Assembly (NCBI GenBank): GCA_963719225.1
Contig: CAVRAY010000001.1
Location: 704,001-768,000, forward strand
Source of the DNA: Thermoanaerobaculia bacterium
GTDB lineage: Bacteria; Acidobacteriota; Thermoanaerobaculia; UBA5066
Direction: 5' to 3'
DNA: 64,000 nucleotides
How positions within the stretch are numbered: position 1 is the stretch's first letter; each line of letters opens with the position of its first letter. Of the stretch, positions 49,384 to 59,242 are shown one piece after another. Under the pieces are notes generated by a model that was given only the letters and a program-made list of their open reading frames with translations, was not told where the DNA came from and did no database searches. Made by a program: the position numbers and the translations under genes.

Positions 49384-51555
49384 TCAGTGCGTCGCCCGGG
49401 GCGCGCGCAGCCGGTCGGTCGAGAGCGGGACCCCGAGCTGCGAGAGCAGGAACGCGTCGACGTCCGTGTAGAGCTCGACGAGATCCTTCACGCCCGCTCC
49501 GATTCCGCCGTGGCCGGTGCTGCCGCTCGTGCGCAGGAGCACCGTCGCTTTCGGGTCCGCCGCCTGCAGGCGCGCGACCATCTTCCGCGACTGCATCGGG
49601 TCCACGCGCGGGTCATTCGCTCCCGTGGGCATGAGGACCGCGGGATAGCGCGTCTTGTCCCGGACGTGGTGGTAGGGCGAGTACGCGTACAGCGCCCTGA
49701 ACTGCTCGGGGACCTTCACGGTGCCGAACTCCACGGTGTTGAACTGGCCGTTCGCGGAGGTCTCGACGCGGAGCATGTCGTAGATGCCGACGTGGGAGAC
49801 GACGGCCCGGAACAGCTTCGGCGCTTGCGTGAGCGCCGCGCCCATCAGGAGGCCGCCGTTCGAGCCGCCCTCGATCGCGAGCTTGCCGGGGTTCGTGATC
49901 TTCAGCTCGATGAGCCGGCGCGCGCAGGCGAGGAAGTCGTCGAAGACGTTCTGCTTCTTCGTGAGACGGCCTGCGTCGTGCCACTCCTCCCCGAACTCGC
50001 CTCCCCCGCGCAGGATCGTGAAGACCTTGACGACGCCGCGCTCCGTGAGGACGTGCGCGAGGTCGCTGTAATGGGGCGTTTGCGAGATCCCGAAGCCGCC
50101 GTACCCGGTCAGGACGACCGGGTTTCGGGAGTCTCTCTTCGTGCCCTTCCGCTGAAGGATGAACATGGGAACGCGCGTGCCGTCCTTCGAGAGAGCGCTC
50201 TCTTCCAGGACCTCTGCGTCCGAGAAGTCCGCGACCGGCTTGCGCGCGGCAACCGTGCGCGTCGCGCTCTTCGTCACCGGGTCATACGCGTAGCCGGTCT
50301 TGGGCTCCAGAAAGCTCGAGACGCCGTAGAACAGACGGTCGCCGTCGAGCGGCCGAAGATCCTCGGCGGCGGAGGCCGCGGGAGTTGGCACCTCCTCGAG
50401 GGCGTTTCCGTCGAGGTCGTAGGCGCGGACGCGGCTCTTCCCACCGAGCGCCTCGATCGCATAGAGGCGGGATCGGGTCGGCGCGATGGCCTCGATAACT
50501 CCCGCGCGCTGGTCGAGGACGAGGCGCGCGGCCGCGAGCGTGGGATTCCGGGCGGGAATCCGGAGGACGCGTCTCCTCGGCGCGCCCTTCTTCGAGATCG
50601 TCCAGATGGAACCGTCCCGGCCGAAGCGCGCGTCGATGAGACCGTCCGCGAACGTGCTCAGGGGCTGCCAGGTCGTGGCGCCGTCGGGCAGGAAATAGAC
50701 GGCGTAATCCCCGCTGTCCCCGTTCTGCACGAGGGCGAGGTGAAGCCGTCCGTCCTCGCTGGCGCGAAGGGTGATCTCGGCGATGCGGGGGAGCTCCTTC
50801 CCCATCGAATACCGGTCCTCTCCGGCCGGCGTGCCGAGCGTGTGGAAGAAGACCTGCTGGAAAAAGTCGAGGTCTTCCTTCGGACGCTCGCCTTCGTGGG
50901 GATAGCGCGTGTAAAAGAAGCCTCTGGAGTCTGCGGTCCAGGCGACGCTCCCTCCGGCGGTGCCGTTTTGCGCTCGTGGAATGACGTCGCCGGTCTCCCG
51001 GGCCGTGGCGACGTCGTACACGTGGAGCGTGCCTGCCTCGCTTCCGCCTTCCGAGAGAGAGACGGCGAGCTTTTCGCCGTCGGGCGACGGCACGAACCAA
51101 TCGAACGCCGTGTGGCCGGCCGGATCGACGACGTTCGGATCGACGAGCGTCCGCATCCCTTCCGTGCTCGTGAGCGAGGGAAGGAGGACGATCCACGGCT
51201 GCTGCTTGCGGGCCGGATCGAGACAGACGGCGAAGAACCTGCCGGCCTGCGGCACGATGCCGGCGATCGAGGCGGGCCGGGCCGTCAGCAAATGCTCGAT
51301 TCGCGCTCGAAGAGCGTCGCGGCCCTGCAGATGATCGAGGATCGCACGCGCGCGGGCGTTCTGGGCGTCGCTCCACGCCTGTACCTTCGGATCGTCTCCG
51401 TTCTCGAGCCAGCGGTAATTGTCGACGACGCGGACGCCGTGGTACGCGTCCGACACGGGGACTTTCGGCGTGGCGGGTTGGGCCGCGAGCGCGGACGAGG
51501 CTGCGAAAGACAGAGACGCCACGGTGACGAGCAGGTGGTGTTTCACGCCGCCCAT
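49384..51555 (-). CDS. Prolyl oligopeptidase (S9A), secreted
   Basis: DNYRWLE, GYGGFG, RGGGEFG, GGSNGG, NDPRV, GHG. Confidence 0.93.
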   Translation of the reverse strand: MGGVKHHLLVTVASLSFAASSALAAQPATPKVPVSDAYHGVRVVDNYRWLENGDDPKVQAWSDAQNARARAILDHLQGRDALRARIEHLLTARPASIAGIVPQAGRFFAVCLDPARKQQPWIVLLPSLTSTEGMRTLVDPNVVDPAGHTAFDWFVPSPDGEKLAVSLSEGGSEAGTLHVYDVATARETGDVIPRAQNGTAGGSVAWTADSRGFFYTRYPHEGERPKEDLDFFQQVFFHTLGTPAGEDRYSMGKELPRIAEITLRASEDGRLHLALVQNGDSGDYAVYFLPDGATTWQPLSTFADGLIDARFGRDGSIWTISKKGAPRRRVLRIPARNPTLAAARLVLDQRAGVIEAIAPTRSRLYAIEALGGKSRVRAYDLDGNALEEVPTPAASAAEDLRPLDGDRLFYGVSSFLEPKTGYAYDPVTKSATRTVAARKPVADFSDAEVLEESALSKDGTRVPMFILQRKGTKRDSRNPVVLTGYGGFGISQTPHYSDLAHVLTERGVVKVFTILRGGGEFGEEWHDAGRLTKKQNVFDDFLACARRLIELKITNPGKLAIEGGSNGGLLMGAALTQAPKLFRAVVSHVGIYDMLRVETSANGQFNTVEFGTVKVPEQFRALYAYSPYHHVRDKTRYPAVLMPTGANDPRVDPMQSRKMVARLQAADPKATVLLRTSGSTGHGGIGAGVKDLVELYTDVDAFLLSQLGVPLSTDRLRAPRATH

Positions 51556-51614
51556 CGTATCGGACCTCCGGAACAAATCACCGTCTGTCCGCCCGGCTGA
51601 AGCGTTGAGGCGCC

Positions 51615-52019
51615 CTACTTGACCGGCGTCGTCAGCGGCTTCCCTTTCTCGGCGACGAACACGGCATTCAGCTTCGCGGTGACGCTGCCGTTGTTGATCG
51701 CCTGGTGAACCTTGCCTTGCGGGATGTGAAAGACGTCGCCGGCCTTCAGCGTCGCCGTGGGATTGCCTTCGAGCTCGAGCAACACCGTGCCCTCCTGTAC
51801 GAACGCATAGACCTCGGCGGGGTGCGTGTGTTTCCCTTCCGCCGACCCGGGAGGCGGTTCCACGAGGGCCATGACGGCCTCGCGGCCCGGAATGCTCGTG
51901 TCCTGCTTCAGGACAATGTTTCGTTTGACCTGTGCGGGTGGCTGGGCGTCGAGCGCCAGCACTCCGGCGATTCCAACGGCGACGGCGAACGCGACCGATT
52001 TCGATTTCATGGCATTCAT
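51615..52019 (-). CDS. Secreted cupin domain protein
   Basis: HTHP..E...VQEG, GDVFHIPQGKVH; AAGGAG RBS. Confidence 0.85.
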   Translation of the reverse strand: MNAMKSKSVAFAVAVGIAGVLALDAQPPAQVKRNIVLKQDTSIPGREAVMALVEPPPGSAEGKHTHPAEVYAFVQEGTVLLELEGNPTATLKAGDVFHIPQGKVHQAINNGSVTAKLNAVFVAEKGKPLTTPVK

Positions 52020-52110
52020 GACGGCTCCTTCCTGTTCGGGAAAACGGCCTCGACTCACAGGTTTGGCTCGATGGGCGGCAAATGCAACGGGATCGCATGC
52101 CGAGAGTAAA

Positions 52111-53019
52111 TCAAGGCGGGAAGGTGCCGCCGAGGAATTCCGCGGCGACGTCGGCCGGCCGGCGGTGCTTTCCGACCACCTGGGCGTTGAGCTTCTGCAT
52201 GGTCGCCGTCGTGAGCTTTCCGGTGAGCTCCTCGAGCGCGGCGCGCACCCTCGGCTCCTTCGAAATGGACTCCTCGCGCGCGACGAAGGCGGCCTCGTAA
52301 GGGGGGAAGTACTTCTTGTCGTCTTCGAGCACCTTGAAATCCCGCTCGGCGAGGAGGCCGTCGGTGGAATTCCCGGCCACGAGGTCGACCTGCCCCTGCA
52401 CGAGCGCGGCGTAGAGGAGGCCGAGGTCCATCGTCTTGGGCGTCCCTTCGAGGGGCAGCGCGTAGGTCTTCTGAAGTCCGGCGAGGCCGTCGGGGCGGCG
52501 CAGGAACTCGTAGCCCACGCCGAGCACCCAGCCTTTCTTTCTTTGCGCGGCCTGGCTCAGCGTCGCGATGCCCGAGCTCCGTGCGTCCGCGCCACGGATG
52601 ACCATCGCGAACGTGTCGTTGAAGCCGAGCGGGAAGAGCCAGACGAGCTTCCATCGCGCGCGGTATTCCCTCGCGACGGTGTCGAAGACGGCCTTCGGAT
52701 CGGTCGCGGCGGGGAGCTTCAGGATCGCCGTGAGCGCGGTGCCCGTGTACTCCGGATAGAGGTCGATCTCTCCGGCGACGAGCGCCTCGTGCGCGAGCAG
52801 CGTGCCGCCGATGTCGAGCTTGCGCGTGACCCGCGTCCCGAGCCGCCTCTCGAGCTGCTGTGCCGCGATCTCGCCGAGGATCTCCTGCTCCGTGAAGTTC
52901 TTCGACCCGACGACGAGCGTCCGCCCACGCGCGCAGCCCGTCAGCCCCGTGCCGCAAGCTGCCGCGAGCGCGACCAAGAGTCCGGCCGCTATTGCCAGGC
53001 GAATCGTCGTTCGATCCAT
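52111..53019 (-). CDS. Osmoprotectant (glycine betaine/choline) ABC transporter substrate-binding protein
   Basis: VGSKNFTEQEILGE, YPEYTGT, GFNDTFA, FPPY. Confidence 0.92.
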   Translation of the reverse strand: MDRTTIRLAIAAGLLVALAAACGTGLTGCARGRTLVVGSKNFTEQEILGEIAAQQLERRLGTRVTRKLDIGGTLLAHEALVAGEIDLYPEYTGTALTAILKLPAATDPKAVFDTVAREYRARWKLVWLFPLGFNDTFAMVIRGADARSSGIATLSQAAQRKKGWVLGVGYEFLRRPDGLAGLQKTYALPLEGTPKTMDLGLLYAALVQGQVDLVAGNSTDGLLAERDFKVLEDDKKYFPPYEAAFVAREESISKEPRVRAALEELTGKLTTATMQKLNAQVVGKHRRPADVAAEFLGGTFPP

Positions 53020-53606
53020 CCGAGACCTCCGTCCGCCGCGAGAGCGAGGAGCGCCGCGGGCACGGCTCCCGCGAGTATCTGGGAAGAGTCGACCGAGGCG
53101 AGTCCGCGGAAGATGAAGACGCCCAGGCCCCCGCCGCCGATGGCCGCGGCGATCGTGGCGGTGCCGATCGTGGTGACCGTGGCGACGCGCACGCCGGCGA
53201 GGATCGTCGGGGCCGCGAGCGGCAGCTCGACCTGGAACAGGCGCTGCCGGTCGGTCATCCCCATCGCCGTGGCGGATTCCACGACGGCGGCATCGACTCC
53301 GAGGATTCCGGTCAGCGTGTTGCGCAGGATCGGGAGGAGCGCATAGAGGACGAGGGCGACGATCGCCGTCCTCTTGCCGATGCCTCCGATCAGGGGAAGG
53401 GGAATCAGGAAGCCGAACAGGGCGAGGCTCGGAATCGTCTGCACCACGTTCGTGAAACCGAGGACGGCCGAGCGCCAGGCCACTCTCCGGGTGAGGAAGA
53501 TCCCCGCCGGAATGCCGAGAAGGGACGCGGCGAAGAGCGAAACGACGACGAGCACGATGTGCTCGCCGGTCAGGGACGCGATCTCGTGCGCGAGAGTGGC
53601 AGGCAT
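52989..53606 (-). CDS. Osmoprotectant ABC transporter permease
   Basis: QTIPSLALFG, LLPILRNT, VELPLA, GGGGLG. Confidence 0.92.
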   Translation of the reverse strand: MPATLAHEIASLTGEHIVLVVVSLFAASLLGIPAGIFLTRRVAWRSAVLGFTNVVQTIPSLALFGFLIPLPLIGGIGKRTAIVALVLYALLPILRNTLTGILGVDAAVVESATAMGMTDRQRLFQVELPLAAPTILAGVRVATVTTIGTATIAAAIGGGGLGVFIFRGLASVDSSQILAGAVPAALLALAADGGLGWIERRFAWQ

Positions 53607-54349
53607 CAGGTCACCGGAAGGTCCTCGAGAGCCGCGAGGAAGATCCGCGCCTCGCCGGTCTTCGCGGCGAGGAATTCGCGAGGCGTCGCGACGAACTCGA
53701 GCCTCCCTTCGTGGAGGAGCGCGATGCGCGTCGCGAGAGCGAGGGCTTCGCGGACGTCGTGAGTGACGAAGAGCGAGGTCTTCGTCCAGCTTCTTCGAAG
53801 CGCGAGGAACTCGCGCTGGAGGTCGCGGCGCGTCACGGGGTCGAGCGCGCCGAACGGCTCGTCCAAGAGAAGGAGCGAAGGCTCGGCGGCGAGTGCGCGC
53901 GCCACGCCGACCCGCTGCCGCTGGCCGCCCGAAAGCTCCCGCGGATAACGCGACCGAAATTCCCCGGGCGCGAGGCCCACGCGCGAAAGCAGATCGTCGA
54001 CGCGCGCTTCGATCCGGCCGCGCTCCCACCCGAGGAGCTCGGGGACGAGCGCGACGTTTCTTTCGACCGTGTAATGCGGAAAAAGTCCCGCCTCCTGGAT
54101 CACATAGCCGATCCGGCGTCTCAGTTGAATCGGATCCCATTCGCGCGTGGGCTTTCCCTCCACGGTGACGTCCCCGGAAACCGGCGTGAGGAGCGCGTTC
54201 ACCATCTTCAGGGCGGTGGTCTTTCCCGAGCCGCTCCGCCCGAGGAGGACGAGCGTCTCACCTGGGGCGACCTCGAGATCGAAATGGCGAAGGATCTCTT
54301 TTCCGCGAATGCCGTACGAGACATCCCGGAAAGCGATCGCCGGCTGCAT
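53606..54349 (-). CDS. Osmoprotectant ABC transporter ATPase
   Basis: GRSGSGKTT, LSGGQRQRVG, LLDEPFGALD. Confidence 0.92.
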   Translation of the reverse strand: MQPAIAFRDVSYGIRGKEILRHFDLEVAPGETLVLLGRSGSGKTTALKMVNALLTPVSGDVTVEGKPTREWDPIQLRRRIGYVIQEAGLFPHYTVERNVALVPELLGWERGRIEARVDDLLSRVGLAPGEFRSRYPRELSGGQRQRVGVARALAAEPSLLLLDEPFGALDPVTRRDLQREFLALRRSWTKTSLFVTHDVREALALATRIALLHEGRLEFVATPREFLAAKTGEARIFLAALEDLPVT

Positions 54350-54376
54350 TTCGAGCCAGTATATCGGCGCGTCCGG

Positions 54377-54392
54377 TGGCTCGCTCCTTGCT
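54377..54392 (+). promoter_or_regulatory. Putative sigma54 promoter
   Basis: TGGCTCGCTCCTTGCT (GG-N10-GC, TTGCT) 50 nt before ATG 54442. Confidence 0.65.
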
Positions 54393-54441
54393 CGAAGAAC
54401 GCCAGGGGGAAGGACTTTCCATCCTTCCTTGGAGGTCTTAC

Positions 54442-54894
54442 ATGAAAGTAAAGGACATCATGACCGGCAGTCCTTGTTTCTGCACGTCCGGGACGAGCCT
54501 CGAGCAGGTGGCGAGACTCCTCACCGAGCACGACTGCGGGGCGATCCCGGTCGTCGATGACGAGGCGTTCCCGCGGCCCGTGGGCATCGTGACGGACCGC
54601 GACATCGTCTGCCGCATCGTCGCCGCCGGAGAGGATGCGACTCTCCTGACGGCGGGAGACTGCATGTCGAGCCCCGTCATCACCGTCACGCCCGTGACCC
54701 GGCTCGACGTCTGCTGCGAGCTCATGGAAAGGAACAAGGTTCGGCGTGTCATTGTCGTGGACGAGGACGGCTTCTGCTGCGGGATCGTGTCGCAGGCCGA
54801 CATCGCGCGGCGCGCGACCGAAAAGACCGCCGAGGTCGTGAAGGAGCTTTCGCAGCCGACGCGCAGCGCGTCGTCCGTCTCCGCGAGCATGTAG
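54442..54894 (+). CDS. CBS-pair protein
   Basis: GGAGG RBS; MKVKDIMT, GIVTDRDIV, GIVSQADIA. Confidence 0.9.
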   Translation: MKVKDIMTGSPCFCTSGTSLEQVARLLTEHDCGAIPVVDDEAFPRPVGIVTDRDIVCRIVAAGEDATLLTAGDCMSSPVITVTPVTRLDVCCELMERNKVRRVIVVDEDGFCCGIVSQADIARRATEKTAEVVKELSQPTRSASSVSASM

Positions 54895-54906
54895 GCGGGA
54901 CGGGCG

Positions 54907-55377
54907 TCAGTCTTCGATCTGCTGGGCGAGGTAGTTCGGGAGCCCCATTTCCTCGATCTGCCCGAGCTGCGCCTCCAGCCAGTCGATGTGCTCCTCTTCC
55001 TCCTTGAGGATCTCCTCGAGGAGGAGTCTCGAGCCGTTGTCCCCCTTGGCGCGGCACGCCTCCAGCCCCGCATTCAGGCGTCCGACGGCCGACCGCTCGA
55101 CCTCGAGGTCGAAGCGGTGCTGGTCCGGGATCGTCGGGCCGACCTGGATCTTGAAGTAGCGCTGCATGTTCGGAGCGCCCTCGAGGTAGAGGATGCGCTC
55201 GACGAGCTTCTCCGCGTGCTTCATCTCCTCGATCGATTCCTTGCGCGAATGCTCGGCAAGCCTCTTGTAGTGCCAGTTGCGGCACATCATCGCGTGGATG
55301 AAGTACTGGTTGACGGCCGTGAGCTCCGCCGTGAGAACTTCGTTCAGCAGGCCAATGACCTCGTCGTCTCCGCGCAT
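54907..55377 (-). CDS. bfr: Bacterioferritin
   Basis: ELTAVNQYFIH, EEMKHA, ERILYLEG, EEEHIDWLE, NYLAQQ. Confidence 0.95.
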   Translation of the reverse strand: MRGDDEVIGLLNEVLTAELTAVNQYFIHAMMCRNWHYKRLAEHSRKESIEEMKHAEKLVERILYLEGAPNMQRYFKIQVGPTIPDQHRFDLEVERSAVGRLNAGLEACRAKGDNGSRLLLEEILKEEEEHIDWLEAQLGQIEEMGLPNYLAQQIED

Positions 55378-55400
55378 TCTTCCTCCGGTGGGGGAGATTA

Positions 55401-55661
55401 TCAGTCGGGATTCGAGCGGCCCGCGAGATAGGAAGCGAGGTCCGGCCGGCACGCCGTGCACATCTCTCCGATTCCCGTCCGGGTGAGCGCCGCGGGAAGC
55501 GGCTCCCCCGCATCGAGCAGCCTGCCGATCTCCGCGAAGGAAACGCCGGCGCACTCGCAGCGCGTCATCGCCTTACCGGCGACGGGAAGCGCGGGAAGTG
55601 CGTAGAGCCGCGGATCCGGCGCGCGGTCCTCGGCGTCCGACTGGGTGAGACTCGTTCTCAT
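55401..55661 (-). CDS. bfd: Bfd-like [2Fe-2S] protein
   Basis: CEC...CTAC cysteine spacing; directly upstream of bfr. Confidence 0.7.
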   Translation of the reverse strand: MRTSLTQSDAEDRAPDPRLYALPALPVAGKAMTRCECAGVSFAEIGRLLDAGEPLPAALTRTGIGEMCTACRPDLASYLAGRSNPD

Positions 55662-55714
55662 CGGGAGAATGATACGCGCCGCCTCTCCGGCGTCAACTGA
55701 TGCAGATGGATCGG

Positions 55715-57043
55715 TCAGTCGGGAAGGAGCTCGCGCGTCAGGTTCCGGTTCGCACCTCTTTCCACGAGGATGTTGTCCTCGACGCGGATGCCGCCGGAAG
55801 GGACGAGCCGGTCCACGAGCGTCCAGTCGAAGGCGTCCCGGTTCGGCCCCGAGCGATAGGGGTCGAGGAGCATGGGAATGAAGTAGAGACCGGGCTCGAT
55901 CGTGAAGACCATGCGCTCCTGGATGAGTCGCGTCGTGCGAAGGGCCGGGTGGCCTTCGGGCGGCGGCGCGATCGTGCCTTCGCGGTCAACCTGGCGGCCC
56001 GCGACGTCGTGCACCTGGATGCCCAGGAAATGGCCGAGCCCGTGGGGGAAGAACGGGCGCGTGAGGCCTTTCTCGAAGGCCTCGCCGGCGGAGATCCGGA
56101 AAACGCCGGCCTGGGAAAGCAGCTCGGCCACGCCCCGATGCGTCTCGAGATGGAGATCGACGTACGAAGTCCCGGGGCGGCCCTTCAGGCAAAGGCGCGC
56201 CTGCAGCTTCTTCATGCCCTCGAGGAGAAGCGCGAAGACGGGATCGGCCGCGGGCGTGACGTACGTGCGCGTGATGTCGCACGCGTAGCCGTGCGCCGCG
56301 GCGCCCGCGTCGATCAGGAAGACGCGGGCTTCCCCGGCCTCCCGGCCGCTTTTTCCGTGATAGTGGAGCGTGGCGGCGTGGTGATCGAGCCCGACGATCG
56401 TCGTGTACGGGAGCGCGTCCTCGACGTCGCCTAGCGCCGTGAGGTAGGCGTGGTGGATGTCGATCTCCGGAGCGCCGGCGCGGAACGCGGCCTCCGCGGC
56501 GCGGTGCGCGGGCGCGGCCTTCACAGTCGCCGCCGAGATGGCGGCGACTTCCCAGTCGCTCTTGTACGTGCGTTCCCAGTCGAGGCGCGCGACGAGCGGC
56601 TTCGGGTTCACGCCCGGAGATGCGACCCCGTGCGTGCCGGCCTCGTCGCCCACGGAGCCCACGAACGCCGTCCGCGGCCCCGCGGCTCCGATCTCCTTCC
56701 AGGCCGCATCGGGCGTCGCCACGTCGACGACGTCGAACTCACGGCGGACGAAATCGGGCGCGGGCGCGGGCGGGGCGTACCAGAAGTCGCGCGGCTGCAC
56801 GCGCACGAGGCGAGGCCTCTTGCCGGGCACGAAATCGAGAAGGTGATACGGGCCGTCCACGGGCGCCCAGTGCGTGAAGTGGGGCGTCGAATGGAACGGC
56901 GCGTCGTTGTCGTCGGCGAAGTACGTGAACGGGACGCCCGAGTGGATCAAGAGCCGGTCGAAACCGGTCTCCTCGAGCGCGCGTGCGGTCGTCGAGGCGC
57001 GGGCCGCGACGTGAGCGGCGTAGGGCGCGGGGGAAGCCGACAC
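55715..57043 (-). CDS. pepQ: Xaa-Pro dipeptidase
   Basis: LIDAGA, DITRTY, PHGLGHFLGIQVHDV, TIEPGLYF, GGIRVEDN. Confidence 0.93.
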   Translation of the reverse strand: MSASPAPYAAHVAARASTTARALEETGFDRLLIHSGVPFTYFADDNDAPFHSTPHFTHWAPVDGPYHLLDFVPGKRPRLVRVQPRDFWYAPPAPAPDFVRREFDVVDVATPDAAWKEIGAAGPRTAFVGSVGDEAGTHGVASPGVNPKPLVARLDWERTYKSDWEVAAISAATVKAAPAHRAAEAAFRAGAPEIDIHHAYLTALGDVEDALPYTTIVGLDHHAATLHYHGKSGREAGEARVFLIDAGAAAHGYACDITRTYVTPAADPVFALLLEGMKKLQARLCLKGRPGTSYVDLHLETHRGVAELLSQAGVFRISAGEAFEKGLTRPFFPHGLGHFLGIQVHDVAGRQVDREGTIAPPPEGHPALRTTRLIQERMVFTIEPGLYFIPMLLDPYRSGPNRDAFDWTLVDRLVPSGGIRVEDNILVERGANRNLTRELLPD

Positions 57044-57046
57044 GCG

Positions 57047-57679
57047 CTACTTCGTGGACGGCGCTGCCGGGGCGGCCGCTTCGGGCTTCTTCTTGTTCGC
57101 CTCGATGGTGATGTCGAGGTCGACGTCGTCCGAGAGGATCGCGTTGCCGTCCACGACGTTGTTCCAGCTCACGCCGAAGTCCTTACGGTTCAGCTTTCCG
57201 GTCACGTCGAACCCGGCCTTCTGTCCGCCGCGTCCGTCGTTCGCGAAGCCGTTCGCCGCCACGGTGAGGACGACGGGCTTCGTCACGCCCCGCATCGTCA
57301 GGTCCCCCGTCACCTCGTAGACGTCCTTTCCCTTGGCCGCGATCTTCGTGGACGTGAACGTGATCTGCGGGAACTTCGCGGTATCGAAGAAATTCGGGGA
57401 GTTCAGGTCCTTGTCGCGGTTGGCATTGCCGGTGTCGATGCTCGTGGCGTCGATCGTGAGGTGTACGGCGCTCGCCGAGGGGTTCGCGCGGTCGATCTCG
57501 ATCGTGCCGTCGAACTTCGTGAAGCGGCCGCCGACCTTCGAGACGAAGTGACGCACCTTGAAGCCGAACTCGGTGTGGGCCTTGTCGATCGTAAAGGTCT
57601 CTTTCTCGGCGCGCGCGGCGGGCGCGAGCGCCAGAACGGCGAGCGCGAGGAGGGGAGAGAGGCGGCGAAGTCGGACCAT
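57047..57679 (-). CDS. YceI family protein
   Basis: Signal peptide; IDKAHT, SIDTGNANRDKDL, GDLTMRGVTK, RKDFG. Confidence 0.92.
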   Translation of the reverse strand: MVRLRRLSPLLALAVLALAPAARAEKETFTIDKAHTEFGFKVRHFVSKVGGRFTKFDGTIEIDRANPSASAVHLTIDATSIDTGNANRDKDLNSPNFFDTAKFPQITFTSTKIAAKGKDVYEVTGDLTMRGVTKPVVLTVAANGFANDGRGGQKAGFDVTGKLNRKDFGVSWNNVVDGNAILSDDVDLDITIEANKKKPEAAAPAAPSTK

Positions 57680-57774
57680 CAGCGCAAGTTCTCCTTTTTC
57701 CGGTAGATTGCGGGGGCTCGCCCCGGCGCGCGAGTGTAGACGAGTCACTCCCCCGGGGGAAAGCGGAGGAACTC

Positions 57775-58224
57775 ATGCCCGAAGCCCCAGTCCAGGGTTA
57801 TGCGACGCACCGGCGTTGGGACCCCTGGTACCACTTCTTTGCCTTCTCGGTCGTGTCGATCTCGTTCTTCGTCGCGCTCTGGATGTTCGTCAAGAGCCTT
57901 TCGGGCGGTTTTTCGGTCTCGTTGGCCTGGAACCTGATCGCCTGGGTCGCCGCGATCGTCTTGACGCTCAGGATCAGGATCTATCCGCTGAAGCTCCAGG
58001 ACCGGATCATCCGGCTCGAGGAGCGGCTGCGCCTCGCAGCCCTGCTCGACGAGCCTCTCAAGTCGCGCATCGGCGAGCTCGAGGTCCGGCAGCTCGTGGG
58101 GCTGCGCTTCGCCTCGGACGCCGAGATCCCGGGACTCGTGAAGGTCGCCCTCGACGAGAAGCTCTCGGGCGAAGAGATCAAGAAGCGCATTCAGACCTGG
58201 CGGCCGGACACGCTGCGCGTCTAG
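57775..58224 (+). CDS. Membrane protein (DUF6526-like)
   Basis: GGAGGA RBS; QDRIIRLEERLR, LRFASDAE, WRPDTLRV. Confidence 0.7.
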   Translation: MPEAPVQGYATHRRWDPWYHFFAFSVVSISFFVALWMFVKSLSGGFSVSLAWNLIAWVAAIVLTLRIRIYPLKLQDRIIRLEERLRLAALLDEPLKSRIGELEVRQLVGLRFASDAEIPGLVKVALDEKLSGEEIKKRIQTWRPDTLRV

Positions 58225-58264
58225 CCGGCCGAACGTAGGATCTTCTGGAAGAGAGCCTCACCTC

Positions 58265-59242
58265 GTGACCTATCTCGGCGACGCGAGCTTCCCGCGGCGT
58301 TTGCTCCGCTCGCTGCTGGGGCTGGCGGGGCGGCCGAAGGCCTCTCGAGGTCCGTCGCATCCCGTGTGGGTGATCGGGCATCGCGGCGCAGCCCGGGACG
58401 CTGCGGAAAACACGCTCGCCTCGTTCCGGAAGGCGCTCGACCTCGGGGCGGATGCCATCGAGACGGATGTCTGCGTCACCCAGGACGGGTGCTACGTGCT
58501 CTGGCACGACGCCGATCCGTCCGGGAGCGTCGCGCTCGCGCGCCAGGTGGGCGCGGAGGGCAGCTATCTCTACCTTCCCGCACTGCCGGCTCTCGGATCA
58601 GACCTGAGGCGGCCCGTCCACGACTGCCAGAAGGCATTGTTCCTCGACCATTACGGCTACACGCTCGCCGAAAAGGGTTTCGAGAGTTCTCTCGGCGGCG
58701 CTCGCAGGCCCGAGGTGCCGCCGGCGCTGCTGGAGGACCTCCTGGCCTGGGCGCCCGGCGAGTCCCGCCTCAAGCACGTGTTCCTCGACTTGAAGCCGGC
58801 CGTGGATCAGACGGACGACGTGGTGCGCCTCCTGCGTCTCGTGTCGGAGCGCGTGCGGAGGCCGGACCATCGCCCCGACCTCACGTATCACCTCCTGGAA
58901 GCGCAGCGCGAGATCGTGTCGGCTCTCGTCGCCGAGACGAAGCGCGAGCCGGCGCCCGACGCCGTACGTGTCACGGGCGACTTCGAGCTGCCCGGCGTCG
59001 TCAGGGGCGCTCGAAGGCACCGGTTCGCGCACGTCGCGATGGGCGCGTCCCGGCGCACCTGGGGCGACTTCCGGCGCGAAATCGGCCAGGTCGTGCGCGC
59101 GCGACGGCGGGGAGGCGTGGGGTCGGTCGTGGCCTGGACGGTGAACGACGAGGATCACCTGCGCGAGCTCGTCGCGCTCGGCGTCGACGGGATCGTGACG
59201 GACGAACCGGCGCTTCTCAGGGCCATCGTAGGCTCCCGTTGA
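58265..59242 (+). CDS. Glycerophosphodiester phosphodiesterase
   Basis: IGHRGA, ENTLASF, IETDV, WHD, AWTVND, GVDGIVTD. Confidence 0.88.
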   Translation: MTYLGDASFPRRLLRSLLGLAGRPKASRGPSHPVWVIGHRGAARDAAENTLASFRKALDLGADAIETDVCVTQDGCYVLWHDADPSGSVALARQVGAEGSYLYLPALPALGSDLRRPVHDCQKALFLDHYGYTLAEKGFESSLGGARRPEVPPALLEDLLAWAPGESRLKHVFLDLKPAVDQTDDVVRLLRLVSERVRRPDHRPDLTYHLLEAQREIVSALVAETKREPAPDAVRVTGDFELPGVVRGARRHRFAHVAMGASRRTWGDFRREIGQVVRARRRGGVGSVVAWTVNDEDHLRELVALGVDGIVTDEPALLRAIVGSR